Below, piece after piece: positions 18,409 through 30,900 of a stretch of 64,000 nucleotides of DNA (positions are counted from its first letter, which is position 1; every line of letters starts with the position of its first letter). The stretch covers positions 1 to 64,000 of IMG/VR virus record IMGVR_UViG_3300021387_001614; one strand, 5' to 3'. The notes under the pieces were generated by a model that was given only the letters and a program-made list of their open reading frames with translations, was not told the DNA's origin and ran no database searches. The stretch is from a virus. Its lineage: Duplodnaviria; Caudoviricetes. The position numbers and the translations under genes were made by a program.

Positions 18409-19422
18409 ATGATAATTCCTGAAGAACTTTACAGGATTAAAGCGATATTGGATTCATTTTTAGGTGAATCTAAACAAGATTTGGATGCTTCATGCCAATT
18501 GGAGTATCCTTGTCCGAGATGTGTGGAAAAATACGGAAACAAAGAAATACGAAAATACAACTTAAGTATTTCTTTATCGGGTGGTGTTTATAATTGTTGG
18601 AAATGTTCGGATGAGTCTGATGATGAAATGCACGGTTCTCTAATCAAACTTATAAAGATTTACGGCAATGAGCGGCTGCTTAAAGAATATAAAGAAGAAA
18701 TACGGTCGTTAAGGGACAGTAAACTTTATAAAATAGGGTATGCCAAAGAACTAAATATCAACACTACTTTTGCCGAAAGGGATGATATTAAATTACCCAC
18801 ATCTTATAGACCATTTAAAGAAGGTAAATATTATCCAAGCGAAGCGTTAGAATATTTACAAAAACGTGGAATTTCGTGGGATATTATTAATGAATACAAC
18901 ATCGGGTTTACAACCTTTAACCCTGAGAATAAAATTGTTTCCAATAGAATAATAATACCATCATATAATAAATTTGGTGAATTAAATTATTGGACGGGTA
19001 GGGATTTTACGGGAAAAAAGAAACAAAAGTATTTTAATCCTGTTGCAGAAAGAAAAGAAATAATTTTCAACGAGGAAAAGGTTCAGTGGGATGCCGACGT
19101 AACATTGGTTGAGGGGCCGTTCGACCACATTGTCGTTCCAAATTCCATTCCATTATTGGGTAAATGAATAAATAAGGATTTTAAATTGTATTGGGAAATA
19201 ATAAAAAATGCCAATGCACATATAATTTTATGGTTAGACGATGATGCTATGGATTCAATAAAGTCCATTTATAAGGAATTAAATCATGGCAGACTTTATG
19301 ATAAGATTAGAATAATAACAACCGATTTAGGTAAAGACCCAAGTGAAATATATGAAAACTATGGAAACAAGGGGATAATAAACGCTTTGCGGTCAGCAAA
19401 AAAAGTAAATTTAATATTTTAA
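18409..19422 (+). CDS. DNA primase (zinc finger + TOPRIM), interrupted by an in-frame TGA at 19165-19167
   Basis: CPRC...CWKC zinc finger, YLQKRGI, RIIIPS, TGR, KYFNP, LVEGPFD. After the TGA the same frame continues INKDFKLYWEII...LWLDDDA...GKDPSE to TAA at 19422, supplying the DxD and KDP motifs. Confidence 0.88.
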
Positions 19423-19428
19423 GATAAC

Positions 19429-20253
19429 ATGATAAAATTAGTAATCCATTGTAGCGATATTCATATAAGAAACAAAATTCGTTTTGAAGAATACGCCGAA
19501 CAGTTAACAAAGTTTAGGAATAAGTGTGAGGAAATTACCAAGCCTTATAAGCCCGAAGAGGTAAGAATTCTTATTTCAGGCGATATTATGCACAATAAAA
19601 ATACAATTTCACCCGAACTTTATTCTTTTACAAGTACATTTATTCGTGACCTACAGACAATTGCACAAGTTTTGGTAATTGCCGGAAATCACGACCTTGT
19701 TGTTAATAATACAAACAGAAAAGACGCAATAACAGGATTGTTTGATACTGCGGGATTTGAAAACACATTGTTCCTCGATAATTTTCTTGGATACCAAAGC
19801 GGCACTGTTATAGATGACAATATAACGTGGGCGCTCTATTCCATATATGATGATTTCAAAAGACCCGATATCGAAAATGCACGGAAAGAAAATCCCGATA
19901 ATCTTGTGGTAGGATTATATCATGGGACTATTGTCGGTGCATCATTAAATAATGGAACTGTTATTGAAGACGGTACAAGTGGCGATATTTTTGAGGGTTG
20001 TGATTGTGTGATGGCAGGTGATATACATAAACGGCAAGATTTTAAGCGAGGAGACGTAAAAATTGTATATCCCGGTTCATTGATACAGCAGACGTTTGGC
20101 GAAACGGTCACCCAACATGGGTTTGTTGTGTGGGATGTTGAAACTTGTTCATTTAAATACGTCGATTTAGAAAGTGATTACGGCATGTATGATTTTGAAA
20201 TTAAAAATGTTGATGATATTGATGAGGATAAAGAAGTTTTAATAAATTATTAA
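19429..20253 (+). CDS. SbcD/Mre11-like metallophosphoesterase nuclease (T4 gp47-like)
   Basis: SDIH, GDIMH, AGNHD, YHG, AGDIHKRQ, YPGSLIQQTFGE. Confidence 0.92.
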   Translation: MIKLVIHCSDIHIRNKIRFEEYAEQLTKFRNKCEEITKPYKPEEVRILISGDIMHNKNTISPELYSFTSTFIRDLQTIAQVLVIAGNHDLVVNNTNRKDAITGLFDTAGFENTLFLDNFLGYQSGTVIDDNITWALYSIYDDFKRPDIENARKENPDNLVVGLYHGTIVGASLNNGTVIEDGTSGDIFEGCDCVMAGDIHKRQDFKRGDVKIVYPGSLIQQTFGETVTQHGFVVWDVETCSFKYVDLESDYGMYDFEIKNVDDIDEDKEVLINY

Positions 20254-20257
20254 AATC

Positions 20258-20288
20258 AAAAATGAGCGAATTAAATTCGCTCATTTTT
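20258..20288. terminator. bidirectional terminator
   Basis: AAAAATGAGCGAAT...ATTCGCTCATTTTT between convergent genes. Confidence 0.85.
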
Positions 20289-20289
20289 G

Positions 20290-23200
20290 TTAAAGTACAT
20301 TATACTGACCATCAGTCATAAAGAACGGTCTTACAACGCCATAAGAGTCGTTATTTTGTGAAACCACGTTATATAAACCATTAGTGTTAGATTTTAATAC
20401 CCATGGGAAATCCTCATGTTCTCCATGATTTCTTATCACAGTGCACGATAGAATAGGTATGTTTGTTGGTAATTTGGTTGCCCCATAGTTTGCGGACAAA
20501 GCGCCTAAAACATTATTTATTGTTGATAAGTTATTGTTAGTCGTACCACTACTATTTGATACCTTAACAAGTTCACTCATAGCAGGCATATACCATTTAC
20601 CTTTTGTAACAAACGGCGTGCTGCCAAAGGTATAATTAGACGCAGCTATATATGAATGGAAATCGTTTTTACTTCTTCCGCTTGCTGCAATTTTATCTCG
20701 TGTTTCTTTTCCGGTATTTAAACCTATACTGATTGCTGCGCTTGCCGTTTCTGCCTTTTCACAATGGGTACGCGAGTCAGAATCATGATACCACCCTGTT
20801 GAAAATTTATATGACGATGAGCCATTATATTTAGCATCAGTTAATGCCATAAAACTCATATTCGTGGTACCCGTTACTATAAGAACGCCAACCGGACTAC
20901 TTCCCTCACCCGGATATCCGTCTGTTGTTGGATTTGCAAAGAACTTGTTTTGCGACGCATTAACATATAATACATCAAATTTCTCAGGTGTAACAGCATC
21001 TTGAGTAATTTCAAGTTTTATCTCTTTGTTGGTTTCCGCTTGTCTGAAAACAATAAAACCACTTCTACCATTTATTGATGAATTTCTATTATAAGTAATT
21101 CTTACCGTGCCACCATCTTTTGATACATTACCAATGCAGTTTCCACTACTATCTGATACGGTATAATTAATAAACGCGCCATTAAACGTACTTTCTATTA
21201 AATTAGAATAAACTAAAGTGTGTGCGTTATATGATACTCTTTTTGATAAAACCGGGAGTTCAGTCTCATTAAATTTAAACACGTAGAAACTTTGGTCTTG
21301 TGTTATCATAATAACAAACTCACCAACATTATCATCACCGTCATATGCAGTAAGTGTTACATAACCCGTTCGTTTAGTACTGGTTTCGTTAGCATCTACT
21401 GTTATGGAAAGCGTTTTATTAAAACCTTCGCCATCAGAAATTGAACAGTGTATCCAATTTGACACGTTTGGTTCGGCGGTAGCACTAAGGCGATAATCAT
21501 TTGTTGTTACATTTGGTACTATTGTGGCTGTGCCATTTCTTTCAACAGATTCTATGCCCACAATTCTTTCTCTAATGTATGTTTGTTCTGTTACTGTCTT
21601 TTTAGCAACAAATTCTATATCTGTTGCACCCGAATTATTGTTAAAATTATAAGAGTCTATACCCGCATTGTTAAGAGCAAATTCATATACTACTGTTTCA
21701 TTTTTTAGTTTTCCCGTTTCAGTAACAGTTAAACTATCCTTACTACCATATTGCGGACACGTATATTTTACAATATACGAATAAACATTATCAGTATCTA
21801 TCGAAATAATACCGTTTTCCTTATATACTTCACCCGTTTCAACGTTACCTGAAGCAACGGTAATACCACTTTCGTCAGTGAATACAAATGTCTCAAGACT
21901 AAACTCATCACTTACTATAATGTAATCAACGGTTGATGTATCAGGCGTTTGAACTATTGTCATACTTTCATTTACACTCTGTTCATCGTCGCCATAAGTG
22001 AATACAAATGTAACATCTCTATCGTTTTCAGCAGTACTTCCGTTCGTTTCAATTTGGAATATTGTGCAGCCTTCACCTTCTGTTTGTGTGACATTTTTTA
22101 TCATTGGGTTTTCGTCATCATCACCAATTATTTCAAAACTTAAATTAGCCGGTTTAGACTCTACTTTGGATTTAAATGTTAAACATACATCACTATTACT
22201 GGTAACTGTACCGGTTTCTGATTCAATACCATTTTCAGTAACAAATTTTGTTTCCTCATAATTTGTGTATGCACTTAATGTGATAGTATTTTCATTGTAA
22301 TCAACAGTAACGTAACTGTCTGATAAATAGAGATATATATCGTCTATTGGTTCACCAACCTTTACGGTGTAAGTATCATCTTGTGACATATCTTCCTTTG
22401 CATCTATTTTAATTGTGCATTTTCCTTGCTCGATGTATCCCATAGTTACCCATTCGCCATTAACAAGGAACTTAACGGGCTGACCTTCAATAACATTATC
22501 TACACCACAAACCTTATAAATATTAGTAATTTGACCAAGATATCTATATTCTATGTCGCAAATAACACCCGATGGCAGCATTTGCTCTATGTAAGGAACT
22601 ATAACAGAGTCTATATATTTAATCTCACTAATTCCCTCTTTCGAATAAAAACTGTCATTCTTCATATAGAATATAATAGACATTCGTTTGTTGTTAATAA
22701 TCTGGTTTGTAATTCCATCCACAACCTCAGAATCGTCATATTCATATTCGTCGCCATAATAATGAGGCGTTAAAACACCCCTTTTCAGTGACTCTCTGTT
22801 AGGTACAATATTTTCAAGATTATAAATAAGGTTTTTTGTGTTTTTGGTATTATCGTCAGCAGATATGTGTTCGATACTATAAGTATATGAACTCATCTCT
22901 TTGTTTGTACCATCATTGTATTGTGGCTGATTCGTATATGCATCAAACTCTTTTATGCCACCCTCATTAGTAAATGTGTTTGTATAATAGTTGCCAAAAT
23001 AGTGTATCTTGGTGTCTTCAACAAGAAAATCGTCATAATCTAACTTACAAACATCGTCTCTTATAATACCATGAAAACCTAATTTACCTATTGCTTCTTC
23101 TTCATCTATGTCGATGTTTAATTGTGACATATCGAACAAGTCATTTTCATATGCATATTTAAACAAATATCTGAAATATGTAAAATATTCATGACCATTG

Positions 23201-26200
23201 TCATATTGCATATTTCCTGTGTGTGGGTTATTACCGTTATAGTAATTAATAATGGTATTTAGCCTACGATAATCATTATCAGTAACTGACATTTGTTCCC
23301 ACCCGGAAGTGCTTAATTCATTAGCGTAATCGCGGTTATTAATACGGAAATAGTTTGTCTTTTTACCTTCCTTAATGTACTCTTCGCCTTTAAACAATGT
23401 AAATGTTGTAATTGTCGTGCTATCTGAATAAGCATCAATCGTATATTCACCTGTTTCGGTTTCCATAAGGTATATTCTTATGGGCATATCATTAAATTCA
23501 CCACTGTTAACGTCATATCTCAAAGCACTTGTATCGGAATAAGGTGTACTTACAATTATATAATCATAAAAATAAGCGTGCCCAACAACAACATAACTAT
23601 TTTTAACTACAACCTCAATATAGTAGAACGTGTTTACACCATCACTGTCGGTTTGCAGTTCGTAAGCAACACCGTCAACAACAGCATACGTTTTACTCAA
23701 GTCATCAACATGGAATATGTCACCATTATTTAATGACTGTGTTGGAATTTTAAATAAATCAGATATATTATCTACAACCCTAATATTCCTTAACGTTTCT
23801 TTATTAAGACTCTTATCTTCTTTTAAGACAATATTTTCATCCCTATCAAATGTATATGGTTTTTTGTTTAACCAACCACCTTTCATTTGATAGTAAACAT
23901 TGCCATCATATATTTCGCCATTTTGGAATGCCGGATATATGTATCTGGTTTTTATTAATTCACCTGTTTCAGCATTGACTAAGGCTTTATCTTTATCTTT
24001 AGCACTAACAATACTGCCATCATATGATTCAGCCTCATATGCAATGGTTGATTCACGATACGCCACAGTTAAGCCACGATACGGGTCATATATACCGTTT
24101 TTAAAATTCTCAGTGTCATACGCTATACTTTTGGCTGAATTGTAAAAATCATAAGTATAGTCATTATATAAAGGACTCCATGGGTCTCTTATTCGTTTTG
24201 TAAATGACGTATATTCTTTAATTTCATAATCATACGGTTTATTTTCATCGTCATCATATCCGTATTTGGCTTTAACATAATCAGGCAAAGCGTCATACCA
24301 ACGCCTACTCTTCATACCAAAGAAACTAAGCATCATTTCAACAGAATCAATTGTGCCTTTATGCCTCAGTATATATCTTGAGTTTATTGCAAGACGCTTC
24401 ATGAATTCATTGTTTACTTCAGCCATAGTCCATGTGGACTCAGAAGAATAAACATTAATTCTATTTCTAAGTACATTGCACCCATCAAGGAAATAATTTC
24501 CAACAATTTTTTCACCATCTCGTGTGTCAAATTTGCCAAAACCGTATTCTGTTATGTACTCGGCAGTAGATGACACATCAGTCGTATCAACAGTTTTCCC
24601 AAATCCTTCAAATTCCATAGATGATGGGTCAGCACTAATTGCGCATGTTCCACTATCAACCCTTTGTACATCACCCCATCCATAGAAATAACCATTTTCC
24701 CATGAATCGAACGCCTTTGAGTAAGGAATAATCAAGTCTTCGTCTTTTTGTGAAAAAATTCTATGCAAAGTCTTTCCCGAATATGTATTTGTTTTTTCAT
24801 CTGTTTCGGTTGCATCATTAATGGGCGTAAAGGCATCTTCCCCTGCATATTCATACAGAGTAAATGGAATAATTTGTTTCAAATCCCACCCATCGTTTTC
24901 TAACTTGTCAGTAAAGAAATAGTCAGAAAGATTATTTACGTCATTGTAAGATATTGTGTTGGTAAAAGAAATGGCATCTGTGTATGCTTTTATTTCATCA
25001 AACTCTCTACCAAACAAACGTATCAATTTCTGTATTTTTGATGTGCCCTCGTTTATCGCATCCTCATCTTCAACCATTCTTCGTTCATAAGTCCAATCGA
25101 AATTCTTAATGGATTCGTGAGTTAAAGAACGATATAAATTATCGGAAAATCTCTCATCATAGAACGTGGCTATATTGGATAACCTTGATACGTATGTTTC
25201 AAACTCAAAACCACTAGAACCTAAATTATAGCCACCATAAGTTGTTGGGAATGTAAAATCTTGTAAGGTATCAAAATAACCAAATTCATTTTCATCCACA
25301 ACTCTCAAAGTTGCCGTATAAAGTGGCGAAGACTTTGTATTCATTAATATTTGTTCGAAAATATCAAGTTCAGTGATAAATTTGTCAAAAAACTCCTTTT
25401 TCGGTCTAAATCTATACTTATATGCTGCCTTCGCACTATAGGGCATAAACGAATCATCTTTTTTTGATATAACTTGCCTAATACTACCTTTAGTGCCGCT
25501 AATATCATATAAAGACTGCTCTACATCGAAGAAATACGACATACCAAAGTCAGTGTCGTTTATGAGATATACGCGTTTATAATCGTTACCAACATATACA
25601 TTTACTATAACATTATCTTTTGGTGTATCTTTAATTTGTGATACCACCCCCACGCTATCATCTTGAGAAAAACCCGCATAATCAAACGTAAGACTATTGT
25701 CATCTAAAGTTAAATCACAGTCTTTAGAATAAATGCTTATCGCAACCTCACCGAGTTTGCTTCCAACACAAGGGACATAATCGGCAGATATTATCTGTAA
25801 ATCAAATGATAAATAATCCAATAAAACAGTAAAAATGCCGTTTGGCTGAATAACAACCTTGTCACTTTTAGAATAATAAACAACGTCTTCACCTTCAACA
25901 ACCGTTCCCGAAATCTCATAAATCACCTCAATGGGTGTGTATTGCACAACATGCCCCGTTTGATTTGTGGTGATATTTCTTATCGTAACTAAGTTAGTGT
26001 CAGCGTCTCTTTCTATTTTAATAAAATCTTTTGCGTCAGGCAACGGAGTATATGTAATATTATATGTTACGCCACTTATGTCTATTGCTTCATAGTTTGC
26101 GTATCCCCCATTTGCAAAAAACTTCAAAACCTTTTCATCAGTATAGTCTTTCGGGAGTTTACCTGAATGAATATCTATACCGAAAGGATTATCAAGCATC

Positions 26201-27003
26201 GAAAGTTTCTTATTATTTTCGATGTTGGCTTTTACTATATTATTATCATTATCAAAAATATAATTACCGTTATTATCCTTTACCGGTATCCACCCAAAAT
26301 CTAATGTTGCGACCTTGTTAATTTCGGGTGCATATACAATATCATAATTTAATTCTGTGCCGCCAATGACATCACCCTTTCTCCATCCATCATAGCCACT
26401 TCTTTCATAACCCGCAGACTTAGCAGATTCCTCACCATAAAAAACGTCTGTTGTGGTTTCTTCAACTGTTCCTGTAACAATAGTGTTACCTGATTCATCA
26501 AGAATTAAATTACCGTCTTCATCTGTCTTAGTAAGATAATTTGTTTCTACACGGTCGTGAAAAAACACATAATCATTATTATAGGGTGCGTATAATTCTC
26601 CCGGAAATTTTAATAATATATCATTAATTGATGCTCTTATCATTTCCGCACATGAACCATAATACGCAAAGTCGGCTAAATCGTAATAATCCTTTTTAAT
26701 ATTAATGGTTAAGTCATCTGAAGCAATTTCGTCTTTTTTATATTCTTTAAGATTATCTAATGTCCATATGTTACCTTCGGGGTTTTTCTCCCACCCAACA
26801 GTTTCGTGATTTTTAACATGGTTATTGTCATTGTTTATTGTTATGACAAAATTTCCACTCTTATAAACAGGAACTTGTCCCGGTGCAAAGTTATCCCTAC
26901 CGCCAATAGTGGTTATGTCTCTTTCGAAAATCGTACCTTTATTAGCAGTTTGGTGTTTTTTTCTTAATACATAATTACTGTGTGACTTGATGTATGATGG
27001 CAT
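20290..27003 (-). CDS. very large baseplate/tail structural protein with BACON-like domains and a C-terminal Lcl/CLec-like domain
   Basis: LRHKGTIDSVEMMLSFFG (baseplate-type KGT motif), BACON-like ANETSTKRTGYVTLT and NSSINGRSGFIVFRQ, C-terminal WYMPAMSEL...VRPF. Confidence 0.7.
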   Translation of the reverse strand: MPSYIKSHSNYVLRKKHQTANKGTIFERDITTIGGRDNFAPGQVPVYKSGNFVITINNDNNHVKNHETVGWEKNPEGNIWTLDNLKEYKKDEIASDDLTINIKKDYYDLADFAYYGSCAEMIRASINDILLKFPGELYAPYNNDYVFFHDRVETNYLTKTDEDGNLILDESGNTIVTGTVEETTTDVFYGEESAKSAGYERSGYDGWRKGDVIGGTELNYDIVYAPEINKVATLDFGWIPVKDNNGNYIFDNDNNIVKANIENNKKLSMLDNPFGIDIHSGKLPKDYTDEKVLKFFANGGYANYEAIDISGVTYNITYTPLPDAKDFIKIERDADTNLVTIRNITTNQTGHVVQYTPIEVIYEISGTVVEGEDVVYYSKSDKVVIQPNGIFTVLLDYLSFDLQIISADYVPCVGSKLGEVAISIYSKDCDLTLDDNSLTFDYAGFSQDDSVGVVSQIKDTPKDNVIVNVYVGNDYKRVYLINDTDFGMSYFFDVEQSLYDISGTKGSIRQVISKKDDSFMPYSAKAAYKYRFRPKKEFFDKFITELDIFEQILMNTKSSPLYTATLRVVDENEFGYFDTLQDFTFPTTYGGYNLGSSGFEFETYVSRLSNIATFYDERFSDNLYRSLTHESIKNFDWTYERRMVEDEDAINEGTSKIQKLIRLFGREFDEIKAYTDAISFTNTISYNDVNNLSDYFFTDKLENDGWDLKQIIPFTLYEYAGEDAFTPINDATETDEKTNTYSGKTLHRIFSQKDEDLIIPYSKAFDSWENGYFYGWGDVQRVDSGTCAISADPSSMEFEGFGKTVDTTDVSSTAEYITEYGFGKFDTRDGEKIVGNYFLDGCNVLRNRINVYSSESTWTMAEVNNEFMKRLAINSRYILRHKGTIDSVEMMLSFFGMKSRRWYDALPDYVKAKYGYDDDENKPYDYEIKEYTSFTKRIRDPWSPLYNDYTYDFYNSAKSIAYDTENFKNGIYDPYRGLTVAYRESTIAYEAESYDGSIVSAKDKDKALVNAETGELIKTRYIYPAFQNGEIYDGNVYYQMKGGWLNKKPYTFDRDENIVLKEDKSLNKETLRNIRVVDNISDLFKIPTQSLNNGDIFHVDDLSKTYAVVDGVAYELQTDSDGVNTFYYIEVVVKNSYVVVGHAYFYDYIIVSTPYSDTSALRYDVNSGEFNDMPIRIYLMETETGEYTIDAYSDSTTITTFTLFKGEEYIKEGKKTNYFRINNRDYANELSTSGWEQMSVTDNDYRRLNTIINYYNGNNPHTGNMQYDNGHEYFTYFRYLFKYAYENDLFDMSQLNIDIDEEEAIGKLGFHGIIRDDVCKLDYDDFLVEDTKIHYFGNYYTNTFTNEGGIKEFDAYTNQPQYNDGTNKEMSSYTYSIEHISADDNTKNTKNLIYNLENIVPNRESLKRGVLTPHYYGDEYEYDDSEVVDGITNQIINNKRMSIIFYMKNDSFYSKEGISEIKYIDSVIVPYIEQMLPSGVICDIEYRYLGQITNIYKVCGVDNVIEGQPVKFLVNGEWVTMGYIEQGKCTIKIDAKEDMSQDDTYTVKVGEPIDDIYLYLSDSYVTVDYNENTITLSAYTNYEETKFVTENGIESETGTVTSNSDVCLTFKSKVESKPANLSFEIIGDDDENPMIKNVTQTEGEGCTIFQIETNGSTAENDRDVTFVFTYGDDEQSVNESMTIVQTPDTSTVDYIIVSDEFSLETFVFTDESGITVASGNVETGEVYKENGIISIDTDNVYSYIVKYTCPQYGSKDSLTVTETGKLKNETVVYEFALNNAGIDSYNFNNNSGATDIEFVAKKTVTEQTYIRERIVGIESVERNGTATIVPNVTTNDYRLSATAEPNVSNWIHCSISDGEGFNKTLSITVDANETSTKRTGYVTLTAYDGDDNVGEFVIMITQDQSFYVFKFNETELPVLSKRVSYNAHTLVYSNLIESTFNGAFINYTVSDSSGNCIGNVSKDGGTVRITYNRNSSINGRSGFIVFRQAETNKEIKLEITQDAVTPEKFDVLYVNASQNKFFANPTTDGYPGEGSSPVGVLIVTGTTNMSFMALTDAKYNGSSSYKFSTGWYHDSDSRTHCEKAETASAAISIGLNTGKETRDKIAASGRSKNDFHSYIAASNYTFGSTPFVTKGKWYMPAMSELVKVSNSSGTTNNNLSTINNVLGALSANYGATKLPTNIPILSCTVIRNHGEHEDFPWVLKSNTNGLYNVVSQNNDSYGVVRPFFMTDGQYNVL

Positions 27004-27022
27004 ATTAATATTGTTTTATAGA

Positions 27023-27925
27023 TTAAACCTTATCTTCAAGCGTCTGACTATAGTCAATGTTGTTAACCCTCTTTTCCTTGACCTCATAAACTGGGTCACC
27101 CGTTTCTGTGTTCTTTAACGTAAAGTGTTCAGATTGATGATATATTTCATTGTTTTCATTAAATGTTGTCACCAAACCATTGTCCAAATCACGTAACTGA
27201 CTGCCTTCAAGCATGTTAGAAATCGTATCTGCATCGTGGTCTGTCATTTCAATATCAAGCATCACGGGTTCAAACTCAGTATTTACTAAAAGTATTCTTT
27301 GTGCAACGTTACCAATAAACGGCAGTGCATTTGATTTAAAACTTGGTGCGCTCGATGGCGTTAACGTTAAAAAAGTAAGTGTTGCACTCTCATTATATCT
27401 GTATGTATACGATTTTTCATACGATGCAGATGATGCTTGCACTATAGGCTCACACTTATTATTACTTGTAACAAGCCTAAAGAAATTTTCACGGTTGCCA
27501 TTAGAATCAAGGTATATTATTCTATAGCCAACTAAAGCGTTATTAGTGAGTACTTTATTTCTGAATGTTGCATCTTCAATTGACGACGCATCAAGAACAA
27601 TACCCCTAACGTTAGGATAAGCAGAAAGGGTACTAACATCAGAAATAACGACAGGTATTTCCTTGGGTTTTATATAAACAGTATAAAACCCTTTTTTACT
27701 GAAATATTGTAGTGGCAGTTTAAGATTATACAACCCCTCAAGTACGTTATCCGTGGCATCACCGCCATCGTATAAAACATTCGTTAAAATGTTTGAATCT
27801 AACTTAGTAAAAATAGCATTTTCCGTGCTGTCACTGTTTCTTGTCTCATGATAGGCATAATAAATATCCACCATGGAATTGTCTATCATTGCAGGAATAT
27901 TTGTTCCGTAAACACCTGAACTCAT
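27023..27925 (-). CDS. putative virion structural protein
   Basis: 300-aa ORF in the structural operon. Confidence 0.65.
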   Translation of the reverse strand: MSSGVYGTNIPAMIDNSMVDIYYAYHETRNSDSTENAIFTKLDSNILTNVLYDGGDATDNVLEGLYNLKLPLQYFSKKGFYTVYIKPKEIPVVISDVSTLSAYPNVRGIVLDASSIEDATFRNKVLTNNALVGYRIIYLDSNGNRENFFRLVTSNNKCEPIVQASSASYEKSYTYRYNESATLTFLTLTPSSAPSFKSNALPFIGNVAQRILLVNTEFEPVMLDIEMTDHDADTISNMLEGSQLRDLDNGLVTTFNENNEIYHQSEHFTLKNTETGDPVYEVKEKRVNNIDYSQTLEDKV

Positions 27926-27958
27926 TTTAAATTTCTTTTTGTGGTGCTAATGGTGCAT

Positions 27959-30900
27959 TTATTCAAACATGCTGCCATTGCCGTAATTTTCAAGTGACTC
28001 CATTGTATTGATTTCTTGGAGTCTGATGTGCTTATCTAAAGCCTTTTGTATCCCTCTGTCTATATAAATATCGCCACTCACGTTTTGGGGTGTTGCAACC
28101 CCGATATTATATTCTTGTCTGAAAACGGGTGCAACGTATGTACCGTTATCCTCATCAAAACATCTATCCCCTAAGAAAACATTGTTTGTTGGTATCATAT
28201 CTTTATCATATAAAAGAACGGGCATAGAGAAAACGGTATCCGTTACTGTTTCATTATCACCATTATCTAAGATAACATTTCTTGTGGTTGGTGTAAGTTT
28301 ATAATATTTTAATGAATATTTTTCTCCATTATACATTTCATATAAACATACATCATCGGTTAATGTATAGACATCGGTGTATGTTATACCCGGATGGTAT
28401 TTATACCAACCCAAAGAATTTTCTTTTTCAAGTTCATACCCATCGTAAACTGTCATGTCTTCCACAAATTTTACCTTTAGATGGACAACTGCATTTATGT
28501 GATACTCTATTTCACAGAAAATATTTTCAGACAAACTATAATCGCCATAATCATTATTATCTTCGTCATTGTTCCAATATTCATAATTTGCAAAATATTC
28601 ACCAAGTTTCTTACATAAATGTATGGCTGACAGCACATTATCTTTTTTGATATAAAACGCATATTCGTGGGCATCTTTGTATGTGCCGGTTTTTTCATCA
28701 TAAAAATAAGTGCCATAAGTGTTTACAAAATATTTCTCATTATCTAAAGATGTAAAGCCATCATTAGAAATTTCCACTAAAGTATTTTTAAAAATTTCAC
28801 CCGTTAAGTTATCTTTATAATAGAATTTCATTTTTTCGATTATTCCACCATCGAAATATTGTTTTTTCGGGTTATTTTCTTGCGTTAAACACTCATTTTT
28901 TGATAAGGTTGATACGTTTCCCACCTTAAAATATAAATCAAGTCTTGCGCCATTATAAGGCGTAAAAAACTTACTATTGGCTCTTGTATCTTCATCCATA
29001 CCGCCTTCAACCCACTCTTCTTCACCCTCAACGTCTGCGTGATATTCATAATATCCGGGCATAACATTACCCAAGTCATCAGTTAAGAGTTTTGGTGACC
29101 TCAATGTATAAAGTTTAGAATTTGTGTGCCCTGTTATTGTATCGCAACGAAAAACGGTATATGGAAACAGTATATTAACTGAATTTGACGATATTTTTGG
29201 GTAATAAAGATTATTCACCCAATCATCTGTCACCTCTTTAAAAGTACAGTCATATACTCCATCGTCCTCATTGTAAATAAATTCATAATCATGATAAACC
29301 TTTTCATTTAACGATTTACCACCCACATAATAAACTTTATCACCGATGTTGAAATAGCCATTTAATTTCGAATACCTTTTATTAGTATATCCATCGAAAA
29401 TAGTAACCATGCCATTTTCCACCACCAACACCTCGTCATTATATTCTACACAGAATATTTCATTTTCAAGTCTTGTTTTATAATCGTTTTTTGGTATGCA
29501 GTTCTTTTGCTTGGTGAAATTAAAGTAGAATACGCCGTTTCTTTCAAGCGCATAATACGTTTGTCCATTAACAACAACATAATATCTGCCATCGTTTGTT
29601 TTATTTGCGAGAAATTTTTTACCATTAATAAGGTAATTTTCACGCCCATTATCAAATATCACGTATCTTCTACGCTGTATTTCATAAATTTTATCATTAA
29701 TAACAACAAAACCGTTAATGGGGCGTGTTAATGGATATGGAACTGACATTTTATCGTCGGTTGGATTATAAATCACTTTATCTAAAACATTAAATGAATA
29801 AGACGTAACCGATTGGGTAAAGTTGTCAGCGTTATTTATTTTATAATATTTCGTATAGTCTTCGAAGTCATCTTCATTAAAAGCAAATTCTTTATATTCA
29901 TCGTATATATAGCCCGTATGCCCTACTCCACCTTTAATAAGGTAGGTTTTGCCATTTTCAGGTAAAGACACAACTGTGCCATAAGGCATATCAGTGCCAT
30001 AATCAACGCCACCTTCCCACTCAGGCGCCAACGATGTAACCATTCCAAGGTCGTCAATATTTTTTTCGAGTAACACGGGCAAAACAACCGATGCTGATTT
30101 GGTAGAAACCATGGGGTCTTCTGCATTAAGAATGAAATCTTTAAGAATCTCATACATATCATTTCCGCCTAATCTATAGTAATCCCTGCAATCACAGCAA
30201 TTGTCAGCATCAACACATTCATGTGGTTCGGTGATTGCCGAATATTTTTCATGCATATCATTAAACCACCCAAACCATTTTTTAGCATCGGGAAAATCTA
30301 AATGGTCTCTTTTCCACTCATTAGTAAGTTCTACCGGTATTTTTAATTTAAGGAAAAGCCTATTAACAATAAAATTATAAAAATCCCATCCACCCCTTGA
30401 TAAAAAGAGTTTATCCATTTTTACCGCCTCGTCGTAGGTTATTGTGGCGTTTTCTTCATATTTCGAATATTCTTCGGCGTTTTTATATGGCACAGAATTA
30501 CCTGAGTTGTTTAATAAAGCATCATACTCCTTGAAAAATTTAAGCCACTTTTTTAGTGTGGGGTATGTTATGTATTTTTTCTTTTTAGCTTTATTTATTA
30601 TGTCGTTTTTATTTGCAAATGTCTCATTAATAACATTTTCAATATAATAAATGTCCCTACCATAGCAAAAATAGTAATCCACGGTTGTTATGTCGGGATA
30701 TATGTCAGACTTTTCTTCAAATAATTCCTTTAAATTATTAATTACAGATAACGATGGTTCTTCTATTAAATAAAAATCTTCACCCATCACCACCCTATGA
30801 AATGATTCTTCTTCTGTGGGTATATTGATATAAACGTCAGTATAATCAGTTATTCCACTAAAATCAGATATATCAATATCACTCACGACCATTCCATAGT

